Positions 1-10,238 of a stretch of 64,000 nucleotides of DNA are shown in pieces. The notes beneath the pieces were generated by a model. That model searched no databases, was not told where the DNA came from, and saw only the letters and a list, made by a program, of their open reading frames with translations. Source of the stretch: Escherichia phage ECP2301. The DNA is taken from sequence record OR880646.1, one strand, 5' to 3'. The position numbers were made by a program, and so were the translations under genes. The stretch's first letter is position 1. Each line of letters opens with the position of its first letter.

Positions 1-11
1 AATTTTCCTTA

Positions 12-2189
12 TTAGGCCGCAAGGGCCTTCATAGTTTTAGCGATTTGGGAAACTTCATCATCACTTAAAGAGTTGCGATAACCGATGAAGTCGGAAACAA
101 TACGGAATTTCTTGGTAAACTCAGCAACCATTTTATCACTATTTTTTGAAGCATTATTTGACAATACATCAAAAAGATTAGTTACTGTCCAGATGTCATG
201 ACCGATGGTACCTTTTCCACCGTTGAAATATATGCCCTGTAATGAACTAACCATATTACCAAGACGAGTATATTCTTCAGAAACTTTATCTACACTGAAG
301 TACTTCATCATAAAATCGAGTTCAGGATACTTGATAATTTTATCAATATATCGTTTAGCTGAACTTGAATAACCTACATACTTATCATAATCTACAGCAT
401 CAAAAGCATCTACATATAAATCACGCAGAGTTTCAAAAATACATTGGCACTGACCAAGTTCTTTTACCTTTTTCTGCAAAAGCGGACGAATAACATAAAA
501 TTCATTAATGCCAATAAGATTAGCCATACGAGTCAAAATACTCGTAGATGGATGACAAAGCGATGTAGTACCATCCATAGAGAAAATATCAGAACGATGC
601 ATATACGCTACATAACCAGTAATTTCATCTGCTTCTGATGTGAGCGTAAACAGTTCCTCTTTTTCCCAGCGCCCGTCTTTAATTTCAAACTTAAACGCAG
701 TAGCAGTTTTAGGACGAGGAGCTTTACTTTTAACTGCCTTCGGAATATAACTTTTAACTAAAGCTTCAATTTCTGACAAATAATGAATGTTAACTTCATC
801 ACTTTCAAACATTGCCATAATATCAGGGAGTAAATCAATCTGCGATTCTACTTCCGGATTAATAAACAGAAGACGCTCATTATGATGAATGTTCAAAGTG
901 TTGTTAAATTCTTTATCATCTAACGCATGCGCTAATCCACGGACAATATTAACACGATTTTTAATATTATCAATAACGATATTAATTTTTGTTGTATTAA
1001 TACCGAACAGACGATAACTTGATGCAATGGCTGAAGTTTCATGACTTTGCTTAATGCGTTTCAGTCGAGGGTCAAGATTTACTTCATACACAACTCCTGC
1101 ATTGCATAGTTTACTATCAGGTTCAAACATGCTTTGCATCTTCTTATATGACAGATTTTTAGTCGTAAATTTGACTGAATTACTAATCATATAATCTCGA
1201 GCAGAATATCCCATCTTCATCAATTCACGGTATGTATGACGAGGAGATGTAGATTCTTTAAATCGTTTTACATCTTCATTGAATGCCTTCTCACTAAGCT
1301 CTTTAACACGCTCAATAATATTTTTACGAGTACGATCATCTAGTGAAAGAGCTTCGCGTGATGGAGCAATATCAAGTGAACCCATTGGAAACTTAATGTA
1401 ATTCACTTCATTGCGGATGCTTAACCAGTTACGGTCTCTAATAACACCGTCAATAGGATAAACAATACCACCATAGATAGCGTACAATCCACCACGATCT
1501 GGCCAGTATCTTTCTGGATTTACACCGTAATAGTCATCAAAATCTGGAAAATAATCAATTTCGCGGTCAAGACCATTAATGATAGCCAAATCTTTGAATG
1601 GTCGCATGATATAAGAAACTTCATAAGCAAAGTTTCTAAAGTCTTTTTCTTCAACTGGAACTACGATTTCAATACCAGTTTTATCATCTGGACCCATTTC
1701 TTTTACGAATGTAGGTTTAATCTGCGGACCATCACCATCCATGTAAGCTACATAACCACGAATTTCGCCTTTATGATATGAAGTAATACTAAATGTATCA
1801 GTATAACTAAACGGAGATTTAGAACCTAAACCAAATCCGCCAATGAAATCGTTAGATTCAGCCTTAGATGAACTGAAGTATGAATTATACAACCCAGGAG
1901 AATTATCATCACCTTGAATATCAAAATCACTCATACCCGGACCAAAATCTCGGCAAACAAATCGCGGATCTAATCGTCCTGGAACTTGAATGATAAATTT
2001 TTCAGGATTTCCATTGAGAGCATGGGCATCAATCATGTTGGTAATCAATTCACGGACTACTGCGCGAATCTTGTTTGTATACAAATCAGATGACAGAATT
2101 TTAAATACTTTAGGAGATGCTGTGATGCTAAATGCTTTTGACTTAGAACCATTACCAAGAATTGTTTCTTTTTCAGTGGTGATAATCAT
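12..2189 (-). CDS. rIIA: rIIA membrane-associated protein (GHKL ATPase-like N-terminal region), 725 aa
   Basis: 725-aa ORF whose N-terminus ([20 protein letters not shown]...) and length match T4 rIIA as I recall it; ATG start with GAGGAA upstream. Confidence 0.93.
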   Translation of the reverse strand: MIITTEKETILGNGSKSKAFSITASPKVFKILSSDLYTNKIRAVVRELITNMIDAHALNGNPEKFIIQVPGRLDPRFVCRDFGPGMSDFDIQGDDNSPGLYNSYFSSSKAESNDFIGGFGLGSKSPFSYTDTFSITSYHKGEIRGYVAYMDGDGPQIKPTFVKEMGPDDKTGIEIVVPVEEKDFRNFAYEVSYIMRPFKDLAIINGLDREIDYFPDFDDYYGVNPERYWPDRGGLYAIYGGIVYPIDGVIRDRNWLSIRNEVNYIKFPMGSLDIAPSREALSLDDRTRKNIIERVKELSEKAFNEDVKRFKESTSPRHTYRELMKMGYSARDYMISNSVKFTTKNLSYKKMQSMFEPDSKLCNAGVVYEVNLDPRLKRIKQSHETSAIASSYRLFGINTTKINIVIDNIKNRVNIVRGLAHALDDKEFNNTLNIHHNERLLFINPEVESQIDLLPDIMAMFESDEVNIHYLSEIEALVKSYIPKAVKSKAPRPKTATAFKFEIKDGRWEKEELFTLTSEADEITGYVAYMHRSDIFSMDGTTSLCHPSTSILTRMANLIGINEFYVIRPLLQKKVKELGQCQCIFETLRDLYVDAFDAVDYDKYVGYSSSAKRYIDKIIKYPELDFMMKYFSVDKVSEEYTRLGNMVSSLQGIYFNGGKGTIGHDIWTVTNLFDVLSNNASKNSDKMVAEFTKKFRIVSDFIGYRNSLSDDEVSQIAKTMKALAA

Positions 2190-2199
2190 AATTTCCTCA

Positions 2200-2403
2200 T
2201 TAATTCATATTGCGTTTAATAACTTCAGCAACTTCTAGTAGTTCATCTTTAGTTGCAGTGTCGGATTGAATTTTATCTCTAATATCCTTAAAGCGGTTTT
2301 TAAACTCTTCGGCTTCTCCCATATCGAAAAAGCGTTGAATGATTCTATATTCTCGATGAACTGCTTTATCAAAAAGTTCTAAATTTACTTTATATGATTT
2401 CAT
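2200..2403 (-). CDS. small hypothetical protein (T4 rIIA.1 position), 67 aa
   Basis: ATG-initiated ORF directly upstream of rIIA, preceded by an early promoter and SD. Confidence 0.55.
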   Translation of the reverse strand: MKSYKVNLELFDKAVHREYRIIQRFFDMGEAEEFKNRFKDIRDKIQSDTATKDELLEVAEVIKRNMN

Positions 2404-2428
2404 TTCAATATCCTCATTTGCCCAATTA

Positions 2429-2458
2429 ATTATACCACATCCTTGTGGTAAAGTAAAC
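2429..2458 (-). promoter_or_regulatory. sigma70-type early promoter (-35 GTTTAC, 18-bp spacer, -10 TATAAT) upstream of rIIA.1/rIIA
   Basis: Minus strand reads GTTTACtttaccacaaggatgtggTATAAT, then SD and ATG. Confidence 0.6.
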
Positions 2459-4275
2459 TACTGGCTCATCCATTCTTTACGAAGGTCAGCATTATCTCCC
2501 ATGAGCATTTCAAAAAGCTCTTTCCAATTCTCAGGAAGTTTAACAACATCATATACTGGGTTTTGAATCATCTCACGATATTCAGATTTTTCCAAAGAGC
2601 CAAGTCCCTTAATATAACGGATGCTATGTTTAGGTAGAGCATCTTTGGCACTCTCATATTCAGCGACTGTATAAAACCATTCTTGTTTTTTACCGACCTG
2701 AGCGATGATTACAGGAGTTTTGACGAAACGAATTCTTCCTTGTTCAAACAGTTCTGGCCAATTACTAAAAAATCCGAGCAGAGAAGGATAAATGCTCCCT
2801 AGACCATCATGGTCAGCATCAGTCATAATAGCAATATTATGATAATTCAAGTTTTCAGCTTTTTCACCAAGAACTAATCCAGTGATTGCGCAAATGTCAA
2901 ACAGTTCTTTGTTTTTAAGCATATCGGCATATGACATACCCCAGCTATTAAGAACTTTACCACGCAATGGATAACCACCATGAAGTTCTTTATCACGAAC
3001 ATCAATAAGATATCCGATAGCAGAATCACCTTCAGTCAAGAAAAGAGTAGTATCAGCATCTTTACCACAAAGATTCGCTTTAATATGTTTATGAACCTTA
3101 GCTTTAGAAGCCTTTTTAGCTGCTTTAGTTTCTGCTGCCTTTTCTGCCGCCAATTTACGAGCCAAAGCAGCTTCAATAATTGGCATTAAAATTGCTTCAT
3201 TGTTTAAAATAGCGCGTGAAATCTTTTTAGCATCAAGCTGAATATGACTACGAATTTCACCAAATGGAGAAGTCAAACGCTCTTTAGTCTGAGAATCAAA
3301 TCGCATGTTTTTCATATCACGAACAAACATAACGATAGTCAAACATTCTTTAACCCGTGCTTTAGTTACATCAATTTTGAACTTACGTTTGATTTGTGGA
3401 ATAAGGTCTTCACAAATATCATCCATAACACAGTCAATGTGATGGCCACCATTCTTAGTATGAATGTTATTGACGTATGTTAATTGACGAAAACCATCCG
3501 GTGAACGACCAACCGCAATAGAACAATTTTCCTGTTCTTGAACGATAGCATGCTCATCATATTGGCGTGCATATTTCTTAAAATTACCCTGAACCTTTTT
3601 ACCATTAAAGGTAAATTGAATATCAGGATAAACTACTGCAAGTGTCTGGAGACGATCTAGTGTAATGTCAAGATAAACTTGAGATAGCTCATTAGTTTCA
3701 AATGACATAAAATCAGGAATGAAAGTAACACGAGTTCCTTTCCATTTTCCAGGAATAGTTTCCCATGATTTATTTTCCATGCCATTTGAACAACGAACTA
3801 CAATATTATTTTGACCATCGCCAGTTTCACCGACAAACATCACAGAAAAAATGTTAGTTAAACTAGAACCAACACCGTTCATACCGCCAGTGACGCGTTC
3901 TTTATCATCACCGAAGTTACCACCTGCTTTTGGAATAGTCCAGGCAGCAACAGGACCAGGAATTTCTTCACCAGTAGGTGTTTTAACCATCGCTTGTGGA
4001 ATACCACGACCGTTATCTTCAACTGTTACTTGATTGTTTTTAATAGTAACATTAATTTTATTCGCGAATTTAAACTTAGTACGAATACCTTCATCTACTG
4101 AGTTATCGATAATTTCATCAATAAGCTTAACAAGACCAGGTACATACTGAACACTTTCCCATTTACCAAACAGAAAGCGCTCATGCATTTCATTAGCAGA
4201 AGAGCCAATGTACATGCCGCTACGCTTTTTGATATGTTCAATATCGCTCAGAATTTTAATTTCATTCTTAATCAT
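2458..4275 (-). CDS. 39: DNA topoisomerase II large subunit, single uninterrupted ORF covering the T4 gene 39 and gene 60 regions, 605 aa
   Basis: GyrB-like ATPase motifs (MYIGS, EDNGRGIP); C-terminal part (AIMTDADHDGLGSIYPSLLGFFSNWPELF...KEWMSQ) is continuous with no gap; first track codon is GTG, ATG at 4275 has GAGGA upstream. Confidence 0.9.
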   Translation of the reverse strand: MIKNEIKILSDIEHIKKRSGMYIGSSANEMHERFLFGKWESVQYVPGLVKLIDEIIDNSVDEGIRTKFKFANKINVTIKNNQVTVEDNGRGIPQAMVKTPTGEEIPGPVAAWTIPKAGGNFGDDKERVTGGMNGVGSSLTNIFSVMFVGETGDGQNNIVVRCSNGMENKSWETIPGKWKGTRVTFIPDFMSFETNELSQVYLDITLDRLQTLAVVYPDIQFTFNGKKVQGNFKKYARQYDEHAIVQEQENCSIAVGRSPDGFRQLTYVNNIHTKNGGHHIDCVMDDICEDLIPQIKRKFKIDVTKARVKECLTIVMFVRDMKNMRFDSQTKERLTSPFGEIRSHIQLDAKKISRAILNNEAILMPIIEAALARKLAAEKAAETKAAKKASKAKVHKHIKANLCGKDADTTLFLTEGDSAIGYLIDVRDKELHGGYPLRGKVLNSWGMSYADMLKNKELFDICAITGLVLGEKAENLNYHNIAIMTDADHDGLGSIYPSLLGFFSNWPELFEQGRIRFVKTPVIIAQVGKKQEWFYTVAEYESAKDALPKHSIRYIKGLGSLEKSEYREMIQNPVYDVVKLPENWKELFEMLMGDNADLRKEWMSQ

Positions 4276-4344
4276 CACTTATCCTCGTTTGGTTTCGGGA
4301 ATATTATACTCCGGTAATCATAAAGCTAAAGGCCCGAAGGCCTT

Positions 4345-4605
4345 TTATTTAAAACGGATAGTCGAATCCTTGAAGAATAGACCAGAACATACGGTTCCTT
4401 CTACTTTCTGCCCGGTAGGTCCAATAGCACGAAATCCAGTATGTTGGAAATCATTTTCAGAGCAACCGAACCAGTTATATCCAGTGATTTCAATATTAGT
4501 AAAACCACTTGAAGACAAAACTTTGGTTGCATTATCAGCATCAGTACATCCTGCTAAAGACACTGCTAATACTAATGCTGCGATAGAACGATTAATATAT
4601 TTCAT
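4345..4605 (-). CDS. putative lipoprotein, 86 aa
   Basis: Signal peptide with lipobox (ALVLAVSLAGC); start moved to internal ATG. Confidence 0.5.
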   Translation of the reverse strand: MKYINRSIAALVLAVSLAGCTDADNATKVLSSSGFTNIEITGYNWFGCSENDFQHTGFRAIGPTGQKVEGTVCSGLFFKDSTIRFK

Positions 4606-4609
4606 AATT

Positions 4610-4984
4610 TCACTCAAATTTAATGGCTTGAAGAAGACTAATAATTCTCAAGCGACTTCTTTCATCTTTAACTGTAAAGGAAAGAGGGTCACCAGATTTC
4701 ATAGTAATAGTACATTCAAAATCAAAATCTTCTTCGTGGACTTCTTCGAATAGGTCAAATTCTTCATCATAAATTAGAACATTACTCTGAAAACTGTGAA
4801 GAATTTTTCCGTCATTTCCAGATGCTGTACTAATCATTGTAACATTATTACCTTTCATATCTTCAACGATAAATTCGCTTGTAGATATTACATTACTAAT
4901 AGAACCATTCCTATAAATAGCAGAAAATAGATATTTCTTTTCTTCACCTTCGCGAATACGATATTTCTTACCAATTTTAAACAT
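4610..4984 (-). CDS. hypothetical protein, 124 aa
   Basis: ORF in tight minus-strand array, ATG start. Confidence 0.45.
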   Translation of the reverse strand: MFKIGKKYRIREGEEKKYLFSAIYRNGSISNVISTSEFIVEDMKGNNVTMISTASGNDGKILHSFQSNVLIYDEEFDLFEEVHEEDFDFECTITMKSGDPLSFTVKDERSRLRIISLLQAIKFE

Positions 4985-4986
4985 AA

Positions 4987-5163
4987 TTACCCTTTAAGTA
5001 AGTCGTAAAAACCACCATTCACATGCTTAGGAGCGGAAACTAACCGAATAGCAATCCGATGACAATCAGGACATACATCATTTTCTCGTTCAGAAATTTT
5101 TTTGATTTTTTCGTATTCTTTTGCACAGTCTTTGGATTGACATTTATAATCATAAAGCGGCAT
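4987..5163 (-). CDS. small zinc-ribbon protein (FmdB-like CxxC...CPxC), 58 aa
   Basis: Translated by hand, below the track cutoff: MPLYDYKCQSKDCAKEYEKIKKISERENDVCPDCHRIAIRLVSAPKHVNGGFYDLLKG; fits exactly between neighbouring stop and start. Confidence 0.5.
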   Translation of the reverse strand: MPLYDYKCQSKDCAKEYEKIKKISERENDVCPDCHRIAIRLVSAPKHVNGGFYDLLKG

Positions 5164-5165
5164 AA

Positions 5166-5585
5166 TTATTCCTTAAAGTGTGCTTTCAACATCTGGTACA
5201 ATGACCATGCCTGTTCATTATTTTCAATAGTAACTTTCATGACTGGGAATTCTGTGAAATCTTCTATTTGTTCTTGCTCTTCCTGCTCTTGCTCTTCAGC
5301 TGCCTGATATGGATTTTCAACTTCATCAAAGAATTCAGCTTCGTTAGTAGAAAGCCAGATAAAGTTTTCATCAAGGATATCACCATGTTTTGCATATCCA
5401 ATTGTGCCAGTAAATGACATAATTTTAGTAGGACGACCAAGATGGTCAGCATCTAAAATTTTAAAAGGATGCATACCTAAACGGCGCGCATAGATTCCGT
5501 TATCAGTATGGTCTTTAATAAAATTTTCTTGAGCTTGTTTATTTTTAAATTGATACCATTTATTAACTTCAAATCTAATAGCCAT
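5166..5585 (-). CDS. hypothetical acidic protein with [10 protein letters not shown] repeat (T4 goF position?), 139 aa
   Basis: ORF, ATG start; position after gene 39 cluster. Confidence 0.45.
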   Translation of the reverse strand: MAIRFEVNKWYQFKNKQAQENFIKDHTDNGIYARRLGMHPFKILDADHLGRPTKIMSFTGTIGYAKHGDILDENFIWLSTNEAEFFDEVENPYQAAEEQEQEEQEQIEDFTEFPVMKVTIENNEQAWSLYQMLKAHFKE

Positions 5586-5800
5586 TAATAAATTTCCTTC
5601 CAGTAAGTTGTGCCATCTTCAGTAATTTCACGGAATACACCGTAAATTGGTTGTTTATCGCCGACTTTCTCATACACATAAACCGAAGTCAAGTGAGTAA
5701 ACTTAACAGTATGTTCCTTTTGAACTACTACCAAATCTGGATCGAATAATACATCTTCAAATTCGTCATTAGTGCAGTTCTGAACAATTTTACGTTTCAT
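5585..5800 (-). CDS. hypothetical protein, 71 aa (size and position consistent with T4 cef)
   Basis: ORF, ATG start, overlaps downstream gene start by 1 nt. Confidence 0.4.
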   Translation of the reverse strand: MKRKIVQNCTNDEFEDVLFDPDLVVVQKEHTVKFTHLTSVYVYEKVGDKQPIYGVFREITEDGTTYWKEIY

Positions 5801-5813
5801 TACAATTTCCTCA

Positions 5814-6083
5814 TTAATTGAACAGTGGAGCGATGCGTTTCAGAAGAGTAGCAGCACCTTTGGCAAATTTTACATCATGAAAAACAGTTTCTTCTTCCGT
5901 TACAACACGGACTTTAATGTTTTCACAATCCCAATTTTTACGAACAATCTTCAAAAGCTGCAGTAAATCTTTACATTCAGCAATATCGATAACACATCCA
6001 CGAGAATCTTCCATTATCGCACGATAACCATAAGCCATACCATAATCGTTGAAAGATTGTTCGATGATAATTAAGTTTTCCAT
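5814..6083 (-). CDS. hypothetical protein, 89 aa
   Basis: ORF; start moved to ATG with GGAGA SD; preceded by promoter-like repeat. Confidence 0.45.
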   Translation of the reverse strand: MENLIIIEQSFNDYGMAYGYRAIMEDSRGCVIDIAECKDLLQLLKIVRKNWDCENIKVRVVTEEETVFHDVKFAKGAATLLKRIAPLFN

Positions 6084-6190
6084 TTTATTCTCCAAGTTGT
6101 TTTCTGTATCAGTAGTTGATATTGATATAGTACCATAATCAACTACTGATGTATATAGTTTTATGAAAAAATTTTAAACTTTATGCAAAT

Positions 6191-6610
6191 TTATGCTAAA
6201 GCTGCTTCGCACCATTTTTTAATTTGGAATTCAGGAACTACCATGAACTGGCCTGCAAAAACAATATTGTAGAGCTTGACGCCATCTTCTACCCAACGGT
6301 CCGAAATAAAACCAGCGACTTGATTCGTTGTCCATGGAGTTCCATCTGTTGCCGCCGCAATTGTGAATTTATGGTCTTTTACAACTAAAACTGAAGAACA
6401 AAGTTTCCATTTAAATGCGCTTTCTTCTGGCTCAATGAATTGGCTTGAGACATAACCAATGTTACCATCAGCGTCACGAACTTTAACCTCGTTACGACCA
6501 AAAACTGGATCACTTACAGAAAGAACTTCAACCAGCTTTCCTGCAACTTTAGAACGAGAAGCAACAGATACATATACGTAATCACCAGTAGAGAGATTTA
6601 CAATATTCAT
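6191..6610 (-). CDS. hypothetical protein, motB-region paralog A, 139 aa
   Basis: Paralogous to the adjacent 158-aa ORF (shared SRSK(V/A)AG(K/R)LVEV and KLYNIVF motifs). Confidence 0.5.
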   Translation of the reverse strand: MNIVNLSTGDYVYVSVASRSKVAGKLVEVLSVSDPVFGRNEVKVRDADGNIGYVSSQFIEPEESAFKWKLCSSVLVVKDHKFTIAAATDGTPWTTNQVAGFISDRWVEDGVKLYNIVFAGQFMVVPEFQIKKWCEAALA

Positions 6611-6619
6611 AATAATTCC

Positions 6620-7096
6620 TTAAGCTTTACGAGGAGAAGCATAACGAGTGATTTCAGATTCTTCAACAACCCGGAAGTCACCTAAAAATACAATATTGTA
6701 TAGCTTTTTACCGTCTTCAATCCATTGGTCTGTAATGAAGCCACACATCCTATCAGTTTTACTTGGACCAGCGAAATCATCAATATAATCGAATTTTTCA
6801 GCAGTTACAAATTCAACGCCTTTGCACAACGGCCATTTAAATTGTGCATTAGGCTTAGTGGATTCAACTTCTTTAACAGAAGCAAAATGAGCGCTAACAC
6901 GAGTTTCCAGAAATTTAGGACTTACGTAAGCGTACTGAGTTTCAATTTTTCCAGAACTAGGAATGATTCGAACTTTAACTTCTTTAACACGACCAGTACC
7001 ATTAGTACGAAGTCCTACCACTTCAACTAGACGACCTGCAGCTTTAGAACGGGATTTATCAGATACACGAGCAATTTCACCAATATTAATAATCAT
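6620..7096 (-). CDS. hypothetical protein, motB-region paralog B, 158 aa (T4 motB position)
   Basis: Paralog of 6191..6610; ATG start; early promoter upstream. Confidence 0.5.
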   Translation of the reverse strand: MIINIGEIARVSDKSRSKAAGRLVEVVGLRTNGTGRVKEVKVRIIPSSGKIETQYAYVSPKFLETRVSAHFASVKEVESTKPNAQFKWPLCKGVEFVTAEKFDYIDDFAGPSKTDRMCGFITDQWIEDGKKLYNIVFLGDFRVVEESEITRYASPRKA

Positions 7097-7140
7097 AGTT
7101 ATCTCTCACTTGTTAAAAAGATTTTATACTCCACGGGACC

Positions 7141-7170
7141 ATTATACTCTGGTCCCAAGAGTTTGTAAAC
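7141..7170 (-). promoter_or_regulatory. early promoter upstream of the 6620..7096 ORF, -10 lies in the loop of an inverted repeat
   Basis: GTTTAC, 18 bp, TATAAT; GGGACC/GGTCCC inverted repeat flanks the -10. Confidence 0.5.
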
Positions 7171-7192
7171 TATTAATTCAAAATAGCTACTT

Positions 7193-7876
7193 TTATCGTT
7201 TTGTTGGAAGAGACAGAGGATCGCACTCTTCCTCTGACGGAGCATCTTCAAGACCCATAGCATACCGCAAAGCATACTTCATCATCAGGATGTCTTTCGC
7301 ACAGTCATGAATAGAATCATGTGCAACGAATCCATCTAAAGTTCCCTTTGGAAGAGGACATGTAGTCATATCACGAACAAGCAGAAGTGCTTCAATTCTG
7401 GTACGAATATCACGCTGATTCCAGAATTTACATGGTTCTAACTTAAATGTATCAAGCTCATTCTCGGAAACGCCGTTAAGACGTTGAATATCACGAATGA
7501 GATCAACTAAAATAGGAAAATCAAACGACATTCCACGGCACCAGCCCTGAGATTTCCAAGGATCGATATTATGCGCATTGATGTAATCATTAAATTTTGC
7601 AATACCATCGATAGTGCTTACATCTTCATCTGATGGCGCAATATTTTTTCGAGCTTCAGGAGATTGATTTTTCCACCATTCGATAGTGCTTTTAGTAAAA
7701 AGACGATGTCCTTTTTGGCTTTTTAAATCAAACTTGATTTTAATGCCGCGTGAAACTAATTCATCAAATGTTTCAACTACTTCTGGATTAGGGTCAAAGG
7801 CAATAACAGCCAAATCAATAACAGCTGCCTTTTCACCGCTTCCCATTGTTTCAAAATCTATAATAAAATCAAACAT
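7193..7876 (-). CDS. dexA: exonuclease A (DEDD-type 3'-5' exonuclease), 227 aa
   Basis: N-terminal DFET exonuclease motif; length 227 aa and position upstream of dda match T4 DexA. Confidence 0.8.
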   Translation of the reverse strand: MFDFIIDFETMGSGEKAAVIDLAVIAFDPNPEVVETFDELVSRGIKIKFDLKSQKGHRLFTKSTIEWWKNQSPEARKNIAPSDEDVSTIDGIAKFNDYINAHNIDPWKSQGWCRGMSFDFPILVDLIRDIQRLNGVSENELDTFKLEPCKFWNQRDIRTRIEALLLVRDMTTCPLPKGTLDGFVAHDSIHDCAKDILMMKYALRYAMGLEDAPSEEECDPLSLPTKR

Positions 7877-8118
7877 TAAATTTTCCTCGCTAAATCGCGA
7901 ATTTGACCTACAGTATAATCTTGGATATAAACTTTATTAATGGGCTCATCAATAAATTTTGCCATAGATTCAATATCTTTTTGTATTTCTTCAAGACTGT
8001 ATACTATCTTTAAAGCTTTTTCGCGAATAGTAACATTATCAGGTCCTGAATTTTCTTGGATGACAGCTTTAACATTTGTCATAAGAGATTTAAACTGCTG
8101 CAAACTTAATTCAATCAT
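7876..8118 (-). CDS. hypothetical protein, 80 aa
   Basis: ORF; track start is GTG, moved to internal ATG. Confidence 0.35.
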   Translation of the reverse strand: MIELSLQQFKSLMTNVKAVIQENSGPDNVTIREKALKIVYSLEEIQKDIESMAKFIDEPINKVYIQDYTVGQIRDLARKI

Positions 8119-8371
8119 TAATAACCGCCTTATAAAGATGGCTAATTTCACTTAAAACATAATCACCGATTGTAACAGTTTTCACTTCGCCGCAAAAGAA
8201 TTCTAACGCAATCAAATCTCGTTCAATTTCTTCCAATTGAAGCATTAACTTGCCTGATTCAATTTTCACGTTTTTGCGATTTTTACTATAAGCTATTTCA
8301 TAAATTTCGCTCACTTTATCTTGAAGCAGATAAAACTGGTCTTTAGTTATTTCCACGAATAGCTTCCTCAA
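8111..8371 (-). CDS. hypothetical protein, 86 aa
   Basis: ORF; first codon appears to be TTG, start uncertain. Confidence 0.3.
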   Translation of the reverse strand: MRKLFVEITKDQFYLLQDKVSEIYEIAYSKNRKNVKIESGKLMLQLEEIERDLIALEFFCGEVKTVTIGDYVLSEISHLYKAVIND

Positions 8372-8603
8372 ATTTAATCAGCAACTTACAGACACTTTCA
8401 TCTAATGTAATTACCGTATCTGTATTACTGTGATATGATTGTTTTTCAATTCGTTTAATTGCTAATATAGTATCACTTATAAGATTAAGCTTATAAAGGA
8501 GCTCAGCTCCTGTTACCATAACACTGAGGTTATCTTGCTTATCAGTGTGCTTCTTTATACCATCTATTAGACGATTTAAATATTTTGAATTGATGTTAAT
8601 CAT
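8343..8603 (-). CDS. hypothetical protein, 86 aa
   Basis: ORF, ATG start. Confidence 0.4.
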   Translation of the reverse strand: MININSKYLNRLIDGIKKHTDKQDNLSVMVTGAELLYKLNLISDTILAIKRIEKQSYHSNTDTVITLDESVCKLLIKFEEAIRGNN

Positions 8604-8609
8604 ATATCC

Positions 8610-9929
8610 TCACACATAAAACACATCATAACGACCACGAGTGACACCAACATAAAGAAGCTGCTGAGCCAATTCAGCATCTGCATAATGAATACAAGGC
8701 GTATAGATGAAAGCACGGTCTACAGACATGCCCTGAGCTTTGTGGAATGTTGATGCAGGAAGTGCTTTCACTTTACTAAACTGTGATTTAGCATCCCAAA
8801 AATCACTCCACGGAGCTTTTCCACCTTTATTCCAATTTTTATAAGTTTCTGCTGTTTTACCTAAAAATAAGTTAAACTTATACAGCTCTTCATCAGATGA
8901 AATTATTTTAATCTTTTCACGATAATATTCATCATCGCCGTAAGTTTCTACTGTTAAATCCCAATGACGAATTAGATATTCTCCAGGAACACCACGAGCT
9001 TTAACAAATGTTGATGTATACTCTGCTTCTATAATACGAACTAATTGTCCGTTATTAAAAATAATTTCTGACACAGGCTTTCCATCAATTTTATATGTTT
9101 TAATTAATGGTTCCTGCATTACAATAATTTCACCAACGATAAAATCTTTATCAGTTTCAAAAATCTTTTTGCGAATAATGCTATTTAACTTATCAACAGA
9201 TTTATTCGTAAATGCCATTACGCGATTTTCAAACAAATCGTCTAGTGATTTTACGATTGAAAAATAATTTACCATAAAATCGCGTAAAGCGGTATCACCA
9301 GTAAATCCACGTACTCCATGCCCGTCAACAACTTTATCATAAATCCACTTACCGTTGCGAACATCAGTAGCTACATCAATAATAGGAGCATTACTGCGTT
9401 TAACTTCAGTGAGTTCACACTGATAAAAATCTTTATGCGTAAAGAATGGACTAATATAAGCAGTGTTTTCTCCTGGGTCAACAGGTCTAATTTGCTTATT
9501 ATCGCCTATTCCAATTATAGTACACCACGGCGGGATAGTTGAAAGCAGAATTTTGAATAGCTTTCTATCATACATTGATACTTCGTCGCAGATTAATACT
9601 CTACATTTAGCTAAATCCGGTACTTCTTTTTGTTCAAAAAGAACGTTTTCTTCATATGTTACCGGGTTAATTTTGAGAATACTGTGAATAGTACTCGCTT
9701 CTTTCCCTGACAGTTTTGAAAGAATCTTTTTAGCTGCATGAGTAGGAGCTGCTAAAATAATGCCAGTTTCGCCCGTAGATATTAAAGCTTCAATGATGAA
9801 CTTAGTAAGAGTAGTCTTACCAGTACCAGCAGGTCCATTAATAGTTACATGATGTTTCTTTTCTTTAATAGCCCTCATAACGATGTTAAAGGCATTTTTC
9901 TGGCCTTCGGTCAAATCATCAAATGTCAT
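8610..9929 (-). CDS. dda: Dda DNA helicase (SF1B), 439 aa
   Basis: Walker A GPAGTGKT, Walker B CDEVSM; 439 aa as in T4 Dda. Confidence 0.92.
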   Translation of the reverse strand: MTFDDLTEGQKNAFNIVMRAIKEKKHHVTINGPAGTGKTTLTKFIIEALISTGETGIILAAPTHAAKKILSKLSGKEASTIHSILKINPVTYEENVLFEQKEVPDLAKCRVLICDEVSMYDRKLFKILLSTIPPWCTIIGIGDNKQIRPVDPGENTAYISPFFTHKDFYQCELTEVKRSNAPIIDVATDVRNGKWIYDKVVDGHGVRGFTGDTALRDFMVNYFSIVKSLDDLFENRVMAFTNKSVDKLNSIIRKKIFETDKDFIVGEIIVMQEPLIKTYKIDGKPVSEIIFNNGQLVRIIEAEYTSTFVKARGVPGEYLIRHWDLTVETYGDDEYYREKIKIISSDEELYKFNLFLGKTAETYKNWNKGGKAPWSDFWDAKSQFSKVKALPASTFHKAQGMSVDRAFIYTPCIHYADAELAQQLLYVGVTRGRYDVFYV

Positions 9930-10237
9930 CGTAAATTCCCTGCAATTGGTATACTAACAATACGCCCAGTATCTAAAATTCGCCGATATAATCTTTGTGT
10001 GTCTACATCAGGCTTAACATGTTTAACTTCTATTTTATTAAACCAAAACTTGCGTGGAGTCTCAACTAATCTCGGAATTCCCATACCCAAAGCTAGTCGA
10101 TACTGCTCTTTAAGAGTGGTAAATACTTTATCAGCAATCTCCCTTTCAAAAAATACAGCAGGGCGATGTTCATCAAGAGGAACAGGCACTGCAAATCCAT
10201 CTTTATCTCTGTACACTATCGCATATACATAAAACAT
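9926..10237 (-). CDS. hypothetical protein, 103 aa
   Basis: ORF, ATG start, 4-nt overlap with dda start. Confidence 0.45.
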   Translation of the reverse strand: MFYVYAIVYRDKDGFAVPVPLDEHRPAVFFEREIADKVFTTLKEQYRLALGMGIPRLVETPRKFWFNKIEVKHVKPDVDTQRLYRRILDTGRIVSIPIAGNLR

Positions 10238-10238
10238 A

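Noticed and set aside
444-638. Plus-strand ORFs from the track that lie inside long minus-strand genes (for example 444..638, 1990..2238, 2980..3189, 9318..9687, 19138..19368, 25063..26361, 29746..30162, 45220..45626)
   Set aside because: They are antisense to well-supported genes, lack SD sequences, and have A/T-biased low-complexity translations; treated as shadow ORFs.
2458-4275. Search for a 50-nt translational bypass element in the topoisomerase gene
   Set aside because: The reading frame is continuous across the region corresponding to the T4 gene 60 hop site; no in-frame stop or take-off/landing codon pair is needed.
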